DNA of 64,000 bases from positions 558,001 through 622,000 of the forward strand of contig OZ287080.1 in the NCBI GenBank assembly GCA_965645245.1, in the 5' to 3' direction. The stretch's first letter is position 1. Each line of letters starts with the position of its first letter. Position numbers and translations under genes: made by a program. This document shows positions 1 through 13,082 of this stretch, one piece after another. Below the pieces are notes generated by a model. It searched no databases and was not told the DNA's origin. It saw nothing but the letters and a program-made list of their open reading frames with translations. Source of the DNA: Massalongia carnosa (Eukaryota).

Positions 1-3000
1 GGTGTTTGTGATAGGAACGAGGAGGGGAAAAAAACGAAAGGGATATTTCTCCCGGCGGTGGAAGGGGAGGGGGGACGGAATGGGATGACATGATGAGCAG
101 GAACTGGTTGGTTGGACGGGGAGGAGGAGATAGGTAAACCCCCATTTTTATGTCGGAAAAATCGCTCGCTTGTGGGTTGAGGATTGGAAATGGAACAGAG
201 GAAGAGAAGAAAGAGAAGGGAAGAAATCCCCATGTTAACTAGGCAATTACCTACCTACCTGAAATATAACCTACCTTTCTCGACTTTATCGTGTCTCATG
301 TTTGTCAGGTATCGTTCAGCTTCTAGAACGAGATCAAATATATTGCTACTTTTGGATCTGGGTTTCCCCTCTATATCTCATTTCCCGTCGAAATCGCTCG
401 GAAGAGGGGGGAAAAGGGGTTGTTTGTCGTGATTGGCTCTGCGGGTGCGCTTCTGAGAGCTGTGGATATTTGATTGTAGGGTTTCATTTCTCGAGTATAT
501 ATAGTCAAGATGGACAAGCTAGATTTCCTGTACGATGAGGAGGAGGATGGTGATGATGGTGAAGGAATAGCTGGATAAGAGAAGCAATTCGTAGCGAACC
601 ACAGGTAGTTTGTTTGGAAGTGTAAAAAAATCGACATTGCAGACCTTATGGCGGACTGAATGGCTGTCTATTTCTGTTAGAATATATATCGGATTGTTCC
701 GAACACTGTTGATGTGGGTACATATCCCTTATCTAGATATGTGGGGTTCACGTTTGAAAGCCGAAGAGTTCCGATTCTATTTTTGATTGTTCTTTCTCTT
801 CATACATAATTTCTCCTATCTTTTACCTCTCTGCCTCCGCGCTCTCTTGACTTACCTCCCTCTCTCCCTACCACAATTCCTAGTTTTGAGCCCAAAGGAG
901 ACCTAAAAAGATCAAAGAAACAGGGATCCCATACTGGAATTGGACAACTAGTGGGGCTTACCAGGTCGAGAGCAGAGGAGAAAGTAGAGAGGTAAGATAC
1001 AAAGGGATGAGAATATTAGAGTCGGTGTTTGTGGGGTTTAAAATAGACTATTGTTTTGTTGCCGAACTTGTCTCTTCTCCACTTCCCAACATCAAAGAAT
1101 ATGAAACTCGATTTTAGTTCCTTCAAATTAGGGTTGAAATGCTAGGTGCCCCCTTAAAACTTCAGTGTTGTAACAATATCAGCGGCTGTTTTGCAGTTTC
1201 AAAATAGGGGCTTGAACCCTGCAGACGTCAAGTTACGAAGACGAAGCTGTTGTGGTGCAGCAGCGTCCATTTGCTATCCTGTAAAAGAGAGAATACCAAT
1301 CTGTGTTCGGTATTATCCCAAAAAGGAGTAGACTGCTAGTGCTTGAAAAGCCTATGTGGCCGAAGAGAAAAGGTGTAGGTATCCTTGGAACGGGCAGAGA
1401 AGTCGGGAAGGTTCTCGAAACTCTGTCTGGTTGAGAGAAAGGATTCTTCGTATAAGTGAAAACGAACATTTTAAAGAAGGCCAAATAATAATTATGAGTC
1501 ACCAAAACTAATCGAAAGGAAGTGGAAGTCTCTTGTTAATGATCAAGTGATTAATATGACTTACATAGCTCGGGCTTTTCTTAATTTAGGTTTCGCACCT
1601 GTTGAACAAAAAATCAACCAGGCATACGGCAGCGGGATGCAGGAGAAGAGGGTCTAGGGCTATCAAGGATAGGCAAAGAGAAGTGCTTGGCAAACGTGAT
1701 GCAGGTACTCCGTATTTCCAGTGAAGATACTCCAAATTTAGCTATCTGCTGCACTGAATTCTGAACGACTGAATAGCTAAATTACATGAGGAATCATCGT
1801 CTCTTTATACTGCTTGAGGGCCTCCATCTCGGCCTATATCAAATGCATGAACCTGCTTCCTTTGAACCTTTTCAGCTGGGCAAAATACACCTTATTGCTG
1901 ACCGGAGACACCGAGACACTCAGTGATCATGAACAGCTGAATTGCCTCCGAAATGTAGCATTTTTGCTGCATACCTTTGCCTCCTCGTAGTTGCCGAAGT
2001 CGTGCCGATATCTGAAGCTTTTCGCATGATTGCCTAATCTGGAAATTAGTAAGCAGGAGGCAAAAGAACCTCGGTCGCAAATATTCAGGTATCTCGGCAA
2101 ATTCCAATAGCACCAAATCAGTTATTTTGTGTTCTGTCAGTTCATACGTAGACCTGAATTCCCACATCACTTGATGCTTTCGAGTCCTCTAAAAGAAAGG
2201 GGGAAGCGAAGTGATGAAGAGCGCAACCAGACTCGAAAGCATGAATAGACGCGCTATCAAGGATTCCTCTCCCGAGTCGACTGAATCACCACGTGCGAGC
2301 CAACATCAACTATTCTTCTCAATTATAGACTTTTATAGCTTCTCGAACCTCGCTTGAGGTACTTGAAGGAGAAATAAGTGTTAGATAGAGGCGTGTCCTT
2401 TGAGAGAGTTTCAGCCTCGCGCTGATACTGATATCCGATGGTTCTTTATACCCTATCGTCCTGGAGAATGGCCGAAACGATTATAACTGAGACTTCTTAG
2501 TTAACTAGTCTTCATTGGATTACTGTTTGTCACATTAGTTGGTAAGCTCTCATATGCACCAAGTGCGAAACTAGCCAACAGAGTGCTTAATTTGCTCTGG
2601 ATAGATATTTCGTGTCATCTCATCCGTCACTCTAACACAAAAGTAATCCGTCATTGCCTGCAGCATCGAATCCTCTGAATCCTTCTCATGTTCGCTCATG
2701 AACTCACTCCCCATAACTAGTCTGTACGGACCGTTGATCTTATTGCGTCAGCTTTTGCACAGCCGAGGATCTTCAATGTTTCATACTCATGCAGCAAAGT
2801 CTGCCCGATCCGATCTGAAAGGATCAAAGACATCACTATTGATGCTGGAAAAATAAGAAACAGGCATCGCCCCGCGGATAGCTTCAGCTAAAGAAAGGTG
2901 GTGTGGTCAGGCGCCCTGCCGGTGTCATTATTACTCCTATTTCTTATTAGCTACCTGGTACTCTGGTCTATCGTACGGACCCTCCCGTACCCGAGTAGAT

Positions 3001-3723
3001 GTGTTGGATCCCCGCACCCGTCCGTCTACGCGGAGAAAAACAGCTTGATGATCCCAACATCGAGAGCTTGACTATCCGTCTTCCGCGTTACCATTTGACG
3101 TCAAGGTACATGGAAAATCCTTCGAGAAAAGCACTCAAGAAAAGCATCTAAGTTAAGATACTGAATGCTCTACGTTCCAACGCCCCCAACTCCAGAAGAG
3201 TCGCATTGCGGAACCAGCTGCGCCTCGATAAATACGTCTTGATGATTCACAACCTTCGTTTACTAGTATTAGTTTTTCAACCAATCCTCTCTCGTTGATC
3301 TTTATTAGTTCTGGCTTTGTCGCCTTTCTTTCACTCTAAGTAGAATTTCAAGCGCTCATAGTTTCATTTAGATGAGCCAACCCGTTCCTTCGAGCAGAAT
3401 GATCGGCAACGCTGTTGGTAGCGATGACAGCAGAGCGATGCAACGGCTTTCTTCATGAGCAAGCTCCGTTGGGCATGTTGGGAGTAGGTTTTCCTATCTC
3501 TGCTGGCGTCGTCTTGGAGACGTCATTGAGGCTTGAGAGCAGGGCTGTCACGGGTATAAATACCGCCTCCAGGTTCTGTGAAGATTCCATCAACAGAATC
3601 ATCTTCTTCCATCATCAACTCTCCAAAGAAGCCTAATTAATTTCAAACAACGCCCAGCCCAAATTCTCGCTACAAAAACCCCAAAACACTTAATAAACAT
3701 CCAAGATACCCTTTGCCTACTAG

Positions 3724-4262
3724 ATGCATTCCACCGCCTTTCTCGCTCGCACTGTTTCCCTCGCCGCTATGGCACTTATAGCTGGCATCCTGCACAGCAA
3801 ACCCACGGCGGCAGCACCACGTACGTCCCAAATTCAAGATTGAAACGCTCCCAGATTCCAAGGCGAAAGTGATAATTACAAAATTGACTTAACTTCCCAG
3901 TTGAATCCTCTCCGCTGGCAAAACGATACGCCGGCGGTTGGTGTGGAGTTCACGTAACGCAGCACCAGAAAAACGAACCCGACAATCAAAGCCCCAACTA
4001 CGCCCTTGACATCCGCATCTACGACGCTGCCGGAGCCGAAATCGGCAACGTCAACCACGCCAATGCACCCGGCGGCCAGGGTGTCGGCGTCACCAGCCAG
4101 CTCCCCTACGTACTGATCCTCACGACGGAGAATGTGGACAATGACCCGGTACAGTTCGCGTATGCGGGCCAAAATTGGAACAGCAATGATCAGAGCCACC
4201 ATTGCAATTTCGGAGCGTATGACAACGGGGCGAGGCAAGGCGACTGTGGATTTTCCTGTTAA
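3724..4262 (+). CDS. Small secreted Cys-containing protein, 152 aa, 2 exons (3724-3820, 3901-4262); not in the ORF track
   Basis: Hydrophobic N-terminus MHSTAFLARTVSLAAMALIAGIL. Intron 3821-3900 (GTACGT...TTCCCAG) keeps the frame. Kex2-like LAKR site is followed by YAGGWCGVHVTQHQKNE...HCNFGAYDNGARQGDCGFSC*. Confidence 0.8.
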
Positions 4263-4597
4263 ACGGAAGAGGTGCTTTTGGAAAAAATCTCGGTATCCCA
4301 ATACGTCTGAAGGGGGAAAATAGATTCAAGCGTAGCTAGCATTCGAGTTTATGTATGACGATCTTATTTTGGGGGCGGCACTGAGAGCGATTCTATCGGA
4401 ATCCCTCATTTTTTCCTTCGATGTCTGTTGAGTATAGCGTTTGTACGATAGGTAGAGCCCTTCGAGGCGTCTTAACGTACCGAACGAGAGGTGTGGTTAG
4501 AGATGTAGCTTGACGACAAAGAAATCAAATTCTGCCCTTCATATTTCTCGTTTCTTGTGAATTCAGATATCTTTCAGAAATCTGGACTGGCTTACCT

Positions 4598-5700
4598 GTG
4601 AGATGTGAAGTTGAGAATAACGTATGTGTGCATAAGGATACTCATCTGAAGGCCAAAGTTCAAGGCGCGCATCAATATCTTTCTGCTAAAGGAATTCCAC
4701 ACGACGTGCGCGATATTTTCAAAGAATTTGGTGTCAGATCCGAAAGAGCAGGATATAAAATGCTGGAAGAGGAAGCATCGTCACGAAAGCGGCATCATAT
4801 TTCAGAAATAAATGACACTCGAGGTCGCAAATCAAAAGTCACTGGAGAACAAGTGCGAGAGGCTAATCAAATTCTACAACAAAGTGATTTAGAGCTCGAA
4901 GAAAAGATATATACTTGGAAACAAATTGCAACGGAGGTAGGAGCTGAAGTGATAGATCGAATCATGCATAACATTCTTCGAAAGACTTTGAATTATGAGA
5001 AATGCCTGACCTGCGTGAAAGAATGACTTGATGAGACTCCTATGAAACGAAGAGTTGAATATGCTTCGGTAATGAAAGCAAGATATCCCAAATCAGAAGA
5101 CTGACATCGAGTTCGATTCAGCGACGAAGTGCACTTCGGACACGGTCCCGAAGGTCAATTGTGGATAATTCGTCAGCCTGATACTCGATATCGCTGGAAT
5201 TTTATTCAGCATCGTGATCCTCCACCCGAAAAGACTCGAAAACGAATGCATTGCTGGGCTGCAGTCGGGTTCAATTTCAAATCTGATATCATATTTTACG
5301 ATGTTCCGGGCAACAGCAATGGTAAAATGACTCATCAGGTCTACATCGACTCCATTCTCGAACCTGTAGTCAAGCCGTGGCTTGACAGAGACGACGACTT
5401 CGTTTTGGAAGAAGATGGGGACTCCGGACACGGCACCGGTAGAACGAGAATTGCTGTGAAAAAATGTAAGGAGGATCATCATTATTTCAATTGTGCATCA
5501 TCACCCGATATGTCCCCCATTGAAAACTGCTGGCAACCGATTAAACAGCATGTTCGTAAATATCCACATTGGGATGATGCTACTTTGAAAGAACTGATTC
5601 GGGCTAGTTGGGACCGTGTTTCTCAGGAGTTCATAAATGAAAACGTGTTCGTTCCATGCCTGAACGACTGCACAGTGTGATTGACAGTCACGGTGCAATA
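4598..5700 (+). mobile_element. Tc1/mariner-superfamily (DDE) transposase relic, pseudogenised
   Basis: Catalytic motifs FSDEVHF, LEEDGDSGH and SPDMSPIENCW. In-frame TGA stops at about 5024 and 5102 sit where Trp is expected. No complete TIR pair seen. Confidence 0.85.
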
Positions 5701-7262
5701 ACTAGCTATTAAACATGTAAATAATGATGTTTTGATGAATTTTATGGGAAAGTTTTTGGTGGGGTGATCAGGGGTTAACTTCGGCCCACGTTGCATCTTT
5801 TTTTTTTTTTCACCCGCGTGTCTGGTTTGAAGATGAGGACGGGACGCTTTAGCGACTTGCAAGGCGGGGAGGAGTAAGCGAAAAAGGTCCTCGGATGCTG
5901 TCATCACTTCCTCGAGGAGACAAAGACGAAGGGCTGGTTATAAAGCGTAAGAAGTCCCTATGGGCGTTTCCTGCGCAATCGGTTGCTCCCTTCTTTACAG
6001 TGGTCCCCGAATGCTTGCTCTCGATCAGGGTGTATTATACCTTTGTCAATAGTGACTGATATATCGAAGTTTTGAGCGATTTGGCTGAATATACTCTGTA
6101 GACCAATTGAGACATGGATAGCATTTGGGAGCGGAGAGCTTCAGTCGTTGAGTATAGAAAACTCTCTTGACTATTCCTGGGGAGAGTAGGCTTTTTAGGT
6201 AGTTAGTAGAGAACTAATGTACCGAGACAATGTATTGCTTCGGGAGAAAGGTTTGGCTCATGAACCTTAGCCACAACGGCTGATCGACCGACACATTGGT
6301 ACCGCTTCTCGCCCTTCTCGTGTTGTAAAGAATAGGTGGATGAAAACCTTGTACCTTGGAGCGGGATAGGTTTGCAGAGTGACACCGTCTCAGCCGTCTC
6401 TTCTTTCGCTTACCAGATAATTCGGTCAGGCAATTAACATGACAAAATCTCATCTCTAAACTCCCTATTCCTCTCAATGCTTCTTCGAATAAGTCGAATT
6501 ATTCGAGAAGTACTGATACTCTATGAAGTAATGCAGAATGCTCTTCGGAGCATTCATTTAGAACCGCGTTGCCACCGACTTATGTCTTGCCGTCAGGTGG
6601 TGATCCGTTCGTCTGCTAAACACTTGGAGGAAAACCGGGCGTTTCTTTTAACGAGCCGACTCCAAAAACGATGAGGTCCAACAATTCATTTTAGCCCGAA
6701 CAAGCTAGAGAGCTATGTAGAACTCTACCCCAGCCGGTTTCGAACTCCGAGTAGCTGAAACAACTTCTTTAATTTTTCCTCCCTGTCATACGTAGAGGGT
6801 GAGACTCCTGGGGCTACCTGAATAGAACTGATGGGATATTCCGATCGAGATATCAAGCTAAGAATCTAGCAAGTAAGATAGCTCGAAAAAAGAAATAACC
6901 ATGATGGAAGAAGGCGACGTGCAATCACTATCAACATACTATCAATTTTTAAACCACGAATAAGTTGTCATTGAATGAGCAGACGGCTAAGACTTGAACT
7001 AGTTTCATAATCTACATCCCATCTGTCTCAACGGAAACAATTGAGCATTTTACTGACACGGACAACCAAATGGAACGGGTTGGAGCCTCGACCACTGAAA
7101 CGGGAAGCGATTTCGATTCAGACAGATTATGCGCTTGGACTTTGTTGAGTATATGTTGATTTTATATATGGTGCGCATCCCGGTTGATTTGATCTCTCAA
7201 GCTCGAAGTTATTCTGCTGGTTTTCTCGTTCATCAAAATACTCTTTGTACCGTTATTGAACC

Positions 7263-8369
7263 ATGGTGCAAGTTCGAATAAGTTTGTGTTGGCTTTCTTT
7301 GGGTTGTCTCATCCCCGCTATATTCACCTTATTAGTGACCCCCTCGAATAACTTGTAAGTCCTGCGATATCGTGACTTCAACCGAGAGAGGATATTGATG
7401 CATTCTTAGGAACGTGCGTCAGTATAATCAGCCTCTCGATACAGGAAACCCTTTGGCGGTAGGGACCCTTCCTGAAAACCAAGCTGTTGAGGAAACTCTC
7501 GCACTCAACGGCGGCCTCACCACCCCTTCTAACGATAAGTTACCTACCGACACTCCGGTATCTAATGACGGAGGAGTCAACTTCAATGATCAGTTGGTCG
7601 GCGACAGTTTGGCGGCAAATACAGGGTCCAATCAACCCCTTAACGAGCCATTGGGTGAAGTTTTCGCATTAAATGCAGGAGGGGCGATGAATAACCAGCC
7701 TTCTGTTGAGGCTACCTTGTTGAACGAAGGAAACATTCTTGACAGCCATTCATCTGACGAGTTATTCATAGGGGACAAAGAGAACGACCCTAATGGCGAC
7801 TCGGGTTCTGCTTTTAATCCTCCTGACCCGTGCAATCCTGGCTATCAACAGAGCGCCAAATTACGAGCGCGATATGATTGCGAGAAGAAACCCAAAAAAC
7901 CCAAAAAACCTTCTGATACCCCCAGTCAAGGGTTTGGTCCGAATATTCCTGCTAAAGAGAGTTTTCCACGCCCCGAGACTCGCCTCAAAATCCCCGTATT
8001 TGGTCCAGGGTTCCGCGGAAATAACGATGAATGTTTTAGGTACACATTTGGACTTTTGCCGCTGGGGGTTTGCGGCTCGGAACAGCCAAATAAGCGCTTT
8101 TTTTCTACGTACACGTACCATGGGGCCCATTTTTTCCGACTGGAAGATGCCGATCTCGGTAAGTCGCTCAGTCTTTCTTGCTTTTTTACAATGCTTTATC
8201 TATCGGATTGCGAAGACTAAGTAACCTGGGCGCAGCACCACCACTTTCCAGTACCTGCCATGGTAATAGCAAACTATACTGCTGCTATCAATACAAAGCC
8301 GCGATCCGCGAGGGAGATATTTGTCAGAAGCTGGAGGCGCTCAAGGCAACAGCCCCTCCAGGAGTGTGA
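7263..8369 (+). CDS. Secreted protein with low-complexity N/Q/P/L repeats and a Cys-rich C-terminal domain; 3 exons (7263-7354, 7410-8158, 8236-8369)
   Basis: Signal peptide MVQVRISLCWLSLGCLIPAIFTLL. Introns 7355-7409 and 8159-8235 (GTAAGT...AG) join the ORFs in frame. Repeated NQP-x(n)-LALN-G units; about 8 Cys in the C-terminal half. Confidence 0.7.
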
Positions 8370-9727
8370 GAGCGTAGAGTGCAGGGTTCATGTTCATGCT
8401 CTGATTTGCCAATATGAAGCCGCAATTTTTAATGTAGTAGCTATCATGATTGGCATCTCGCTTTGAAGCTGTTCAGATCGTGCAAGAAAAACCTCCTGAC
8501 CGATGCATCCTGTTCAGTCTATGCCAGTTCTGACCCTTTTGGTTTTGTTGTCGGCCTACAATCGCTCCAGCGAACAGAAATACATATTGTATGTATTGAT
8601 GAAAAAACTTAGCAACAGCAACGCGGCAATTTCTCCACACCGTCTCCCTAAGACCGAACTCATTATTTACTCTACTCCTACGAACGAATATTTCCCATCG
8701 ATATAAAGCAACAAAACAACTAACTAGCTACTTAGACAATCCTACTTTTCCCTAAAAAAGAAAAAGAAAATTAAGAACATCCCTTCATCATCACGCATAT
8801 ATGTAATGTACTCTATACAAAACTATTTATTCTCTCTTTCTTTCTTTCATAAATTGTCCCTTCAACTCAAATCCATTCATCGAGAGAACTCAATTTCTGA
8901 GGATCTTGATTTGATAGCGGCTTTTTGGGGAAAGAAAGCAAAAAAAGGGCCCAAAATGCGATAAATATACTCTACAAGTAGGTAGGTAAGTAGATAGATA
9001 ATATCAAAGTAAATACATAACCCAACCACCATGAAAGGATAACTAAGAGTATTTGAAAAGTGCAAGGTTTCCCCAACCATATTCGCAAGGCATCTTCTTG
9101 CTTCAGGTCATCATGCCCTCCCGCCCTAGCTCGCCTACGTAGTTGTTAAATAGTTAGTTTAGCCTTCCCGGTTGAAACACGGTAAATCTAGCCGTCTATC
9201 TATCTATATCCGTCATCTTCTCTTCTTCCCACTCTGGACTGTCCGCGTTGCGCACACTGGATCATATACTCTAGCGGACATGAATGCATATAAAATAAAA
9301 ATAATCAAATACCCGTGTCTCGTGTCTTGAGATTTTTTTTTGTCCAGGGCTTTGTCGCGACCCAGGGGCATACTCAAGAAATTAGGTACGGATAGACTGG
9401 ATTTACCTCGGTCGCACGGTTAAAAATATGGTGAGATTTTGCTGCAGTTCCAAGTTAAATAACGGGCTTTCGTTCCTTTGACCCTTGTGTGCTCACCTAA
9501 TTAATCCTAGCTCGAGTTATTCCTTGTCTAATCGCTCACTGTTTGAATGCTTGATTTAATGGTCATTAACTTTCTTTTTTTTTCTGTTTTATGAATTTCC
9601 TAATCATCAAGGTCGAATATCAAGCTCTATTCCCCGGTAGACTCTTACAATCAATGGGCAACGTACGGAGTACAAACCTCGTCATTAAATCCTCTTTGTA
9701 AACTCTACAGCTTGCCGATAAAATAAA

Positions 9728-11629
9728 ATGACTGTCATTCCCCTCACAACCATTGTAATACCGTCGGAAACCAAATTTCTAGATCCAACTATCTCCTTTG
9801 AAATTCATCGACCTGAAGCGCCGGGTTTCGATTTCCTTCGTCAATCTAGTCAATGGGCCTTGCTCTTACGGCATGACTTTGGCATGTGTGACGGCTCCCC
9901 TATTCCCACCGAAAAATGTCTTAGCGCTCTGCGCCGCAGACACGCAGGCAAGAGATCTGCCACCCTTGCGCTCCATGTCGCCGAGCTCATTTACCTAGGC
10001 CCGGCGGGCTCGTCATTTGAGGCTATGAAGTAGTACGAAAAAGATGTCGTGAAGCTAAGACGGGCTGTTTTGATACAGCGCCAGGCGGACAAGCAAGCCA
10101 GAGCAGATGGCCGAGCCACCTGGCGGAACAAACTCATAAAGCAAGGGCCTTGGGATGAGGCGGTGGACCCTTTGTCTTTAGTAGGTGCTCCTGTGTTGCC
10201 GATACCGGTAGTGATCAACAATGGAGAGAGTTTATAGCCTTTTTTCATGCACTTAAGACGTGGTGAGGGAGTGGAGGGTGTAGCGAATGTGGAAAAAACC
10301 CCTGAGCCGGTTTATGGGACTGGCTTCGTGGAGTAGACGAAAGGAATGCTGTATGAAGACGGAAGAATGGATTTGTGCAAGAATTAAGTTCGTTCTGTGT
10401 TGTGCAGTTCGAGTCCCGGTGATGACATCGATGATAAAGATGGGGTTGACTTCTTCAACAGGGTTGTTGGTCCGCCAAATACCTCGTAGCTTATAGAGAG
10501 TCTAGAAACCAATACTTTTGTCCGCTATTTCCTTCTCGGTAATAATGTCATCAGTCCGTTTGGAGCATGTCGCATCGCAGATTTTGCCAAGAAGCACCCG
10601 TTAAGGGTAGAAACTTGGTAACTCGCTGGGGACTGCATCGATGCTCCCAGTCTGCAGCATTTGGTTTCTGCGTGGATACCTTCGCCCTCCATTACAAATA
10701 TCTAGCTAAAACGGAACCCTCTAAACCCAGCCTCTATTGGCTCACTCTATGCTCTAATAACTCAGACGCCGAACCTCCGCACACTTGATCTCGATCAGAC
10801 CAAACTTGGTGATGTCGGCATAGCAGAGCTTTTCTCACGGCTTTTCGATGCAAAACGATCCGATCTCCCTCTGAGACATCTCTACCTCAACGCCAACGGT
10901 ATTGGCCAATCAGCTTGCGAGGCGTTGGCGCTATATCTCGGCTCTTCGAACTGTGCACTCGAGTCTCTCTATATAAGCTGCAACCCGCTCAGTGACGCAG
11001 GTGCCGCCGCATTGGCGCCTGGTTTGCGTAAGAATACGTCTCTTACTCGACTTACCATGGCATCTTGCGGCCTCAAATCACAAGGGGCAGCAAATATTCT
11101 AGAAGCCTTGGTTCGGCATCCTAAGCTCCAAACCTTGGATATTGGTCAACGCTTTTCCACCGCTGATCTAGGTATGAGATATAATTTCCTGGAGGATGAT
11201 GTAATGGACTTTATAGGGAAGTTAATAGCAGAATCCACAACTATGAGATAACTAGACCTAGGGATCACAGCCATGACACCTAGAGCGTTGGGCATCATCA
11301 TCGCCAACGTCGAAAAATCCGACAGCCTAATGATCTTCAAGGCTAACAGCATTCACGGTAAATTACCTCCTAAGCTCAAACAACACTTTAGTCAAAAATT
11401 AGTTGAGAATGTAAAGAAAATACATGGGAAGGCAATGGATTATGCTCGATTTGAGAAGGAGGAAGCGAGGTGGCGTACAAGTTCGAGAGATGTAAGGATG
11501 CTTCATAGCGGGTATCGAAATAGAGATGCTAGGCTAGTAATGACGGGGTTGATGGGGTTAGATAAAAGGTGGACCGATGGAGAGTTGATGAAGAGGGTGA
11601 TGAAACTGGACGGCGAAATCTTAGAATAG
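9728..11629 (+). pseudogene. RNI-like leucine-rich repeat protein, disrupted
   Basis: LRR units (LRHLYLNANGIG, LESLYISCNPLSDAGA, LTRLTMASCGL, LQTLDIG) are spread across several ORFs separated by stops and frameshifts, e.g. TAG at 10031 and TAA at 11249. Confidence 0.7.
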
Positions 11630-13082
11630 TACGGATCAGAAGAGAACAGGAAACAGAAATCCATTGATGTGTGGAAAAATATGTCAGCACCATTATTCAC
11701 CTACCATATAGCCTCAAGTAAATCTCGTCGCTGATTTGTTGAAGTTGAAGCGATAGTGGTCTTATTCTACCTCCAACTCGAGAGCTCTGGATAACGGGAG
11801 CTAGCATGTGATTCGCACGTTGCAACCCCAAGATCCAAGCCTTAAGAACCCTCGTATCTATCCCTTCCGTGCCGTTCTCCCTGAAGTCTATAACTGCATG
11901 AATGACAGCTATTCTGCATGTTTTCATGACTGGAGAAATGGATCGAGGCCCTTGACTCCATCGGCCGGCTACTGTTTCTCACTTCTTCGACAATGAGCGG
12001 GGGAAGGTGATGACGTGATAGTATTTATCGTAACGCAAATCCCTTTTTGAGCAAAACCTTTCTACCGACATGACCGACAGACCCATAGGGTTCGCGTTTG
12101 GGGTATCGACGAACAATCTATCTGGCTTCGCGAATTGCATCTGCAATAAGTTATGCCGCGGCCGTTCAGTAAAGATCGACATAGATACCTTCGAGGAACT
12201 TTTGTTTAGTTTTGATCTATTCGGAACTCCGCGTGGGGTGGACTAGAAGGGGGGGGGGTTGGTGGTACGTATGTGCAGGAAGGCGGTGCAGGAGGTTCCT
12301 CTTATCATGTAGAAAGAATAGATAGGAGAAGTTCTTTCAGACGGTCATCAATTAAAGCAAAGCAAGGTCAACTGTGTCAGTGTCAGTGTCGCAGAGAGTT
12401 CGTGTCTTTCGTATTAATATGATCTTGGTTGTTTTTTCTACACGTGTTCTGTGTTTGTCTTCTGCTCGCCCGAGGTCATCTATGTAACTACCCCTGACTA
12501 CTCATTCTCAATATGCGTAAATACTATCCATGATTGAGCAATTCTCTTCTTGCTGTTGTTCTGCTGCTACTCGGTTTTGCTGGAAGTTTTTTTAATAATG
12601 GCTCTATTTTGGCAAGGCGATTGGTTAAGTTGATGCGCAACTTCGAGAGTGATAATACAAAGTGTCAAAAGATCGATAATTCACGTTTTCTTTCCTCTCT
12701 TTTTACTTTCCTCATTTGAACATCATATTTCTTCAATCCTCGGTCTTCATCGACTATTCATGTTCATTCCATTCCAGCAGTATTTTTCGCCCAAGTTGAA
12801 TGACTTTAAACGTGAACTGACTTTACAACCGTCTATTTTTAAAAAAAAAAGAGAGCCCGGGCCAAAAAAAGCCGACATATCTAGCGGAAACCTGACCCTC
12901 GGGGTGAAGTCATTTGTTATCTTATGTTTCGAGTAAGTAATCCTTGATGAGCAACGCTCTTTTGTTTGATGAGACAGATATTCCTTCAGGTTAACCTTAA
13001 CATGTGATTCATGAAATTTGATCGCATCCTGCATCATTCTTTCCCATCGAGAACCCCTCCCACCTCTCCACTGTATACCAGG

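Noticed and set aside
1..3600. Short ORFs in the first 3.6 kb
   Set aside because: No coherent exon structure or recognisable domains.
3876..4329. Minus-strand ORFs of 141 and 69 aa
   Set aside because: Antisense shadows of the spliced plus-strand secreted protein.
13011..13082. Upstream ATG extension of MAL
   Set aside because: Similarity to MAL begins at MHPIDV (13083); the extension is unsupported.
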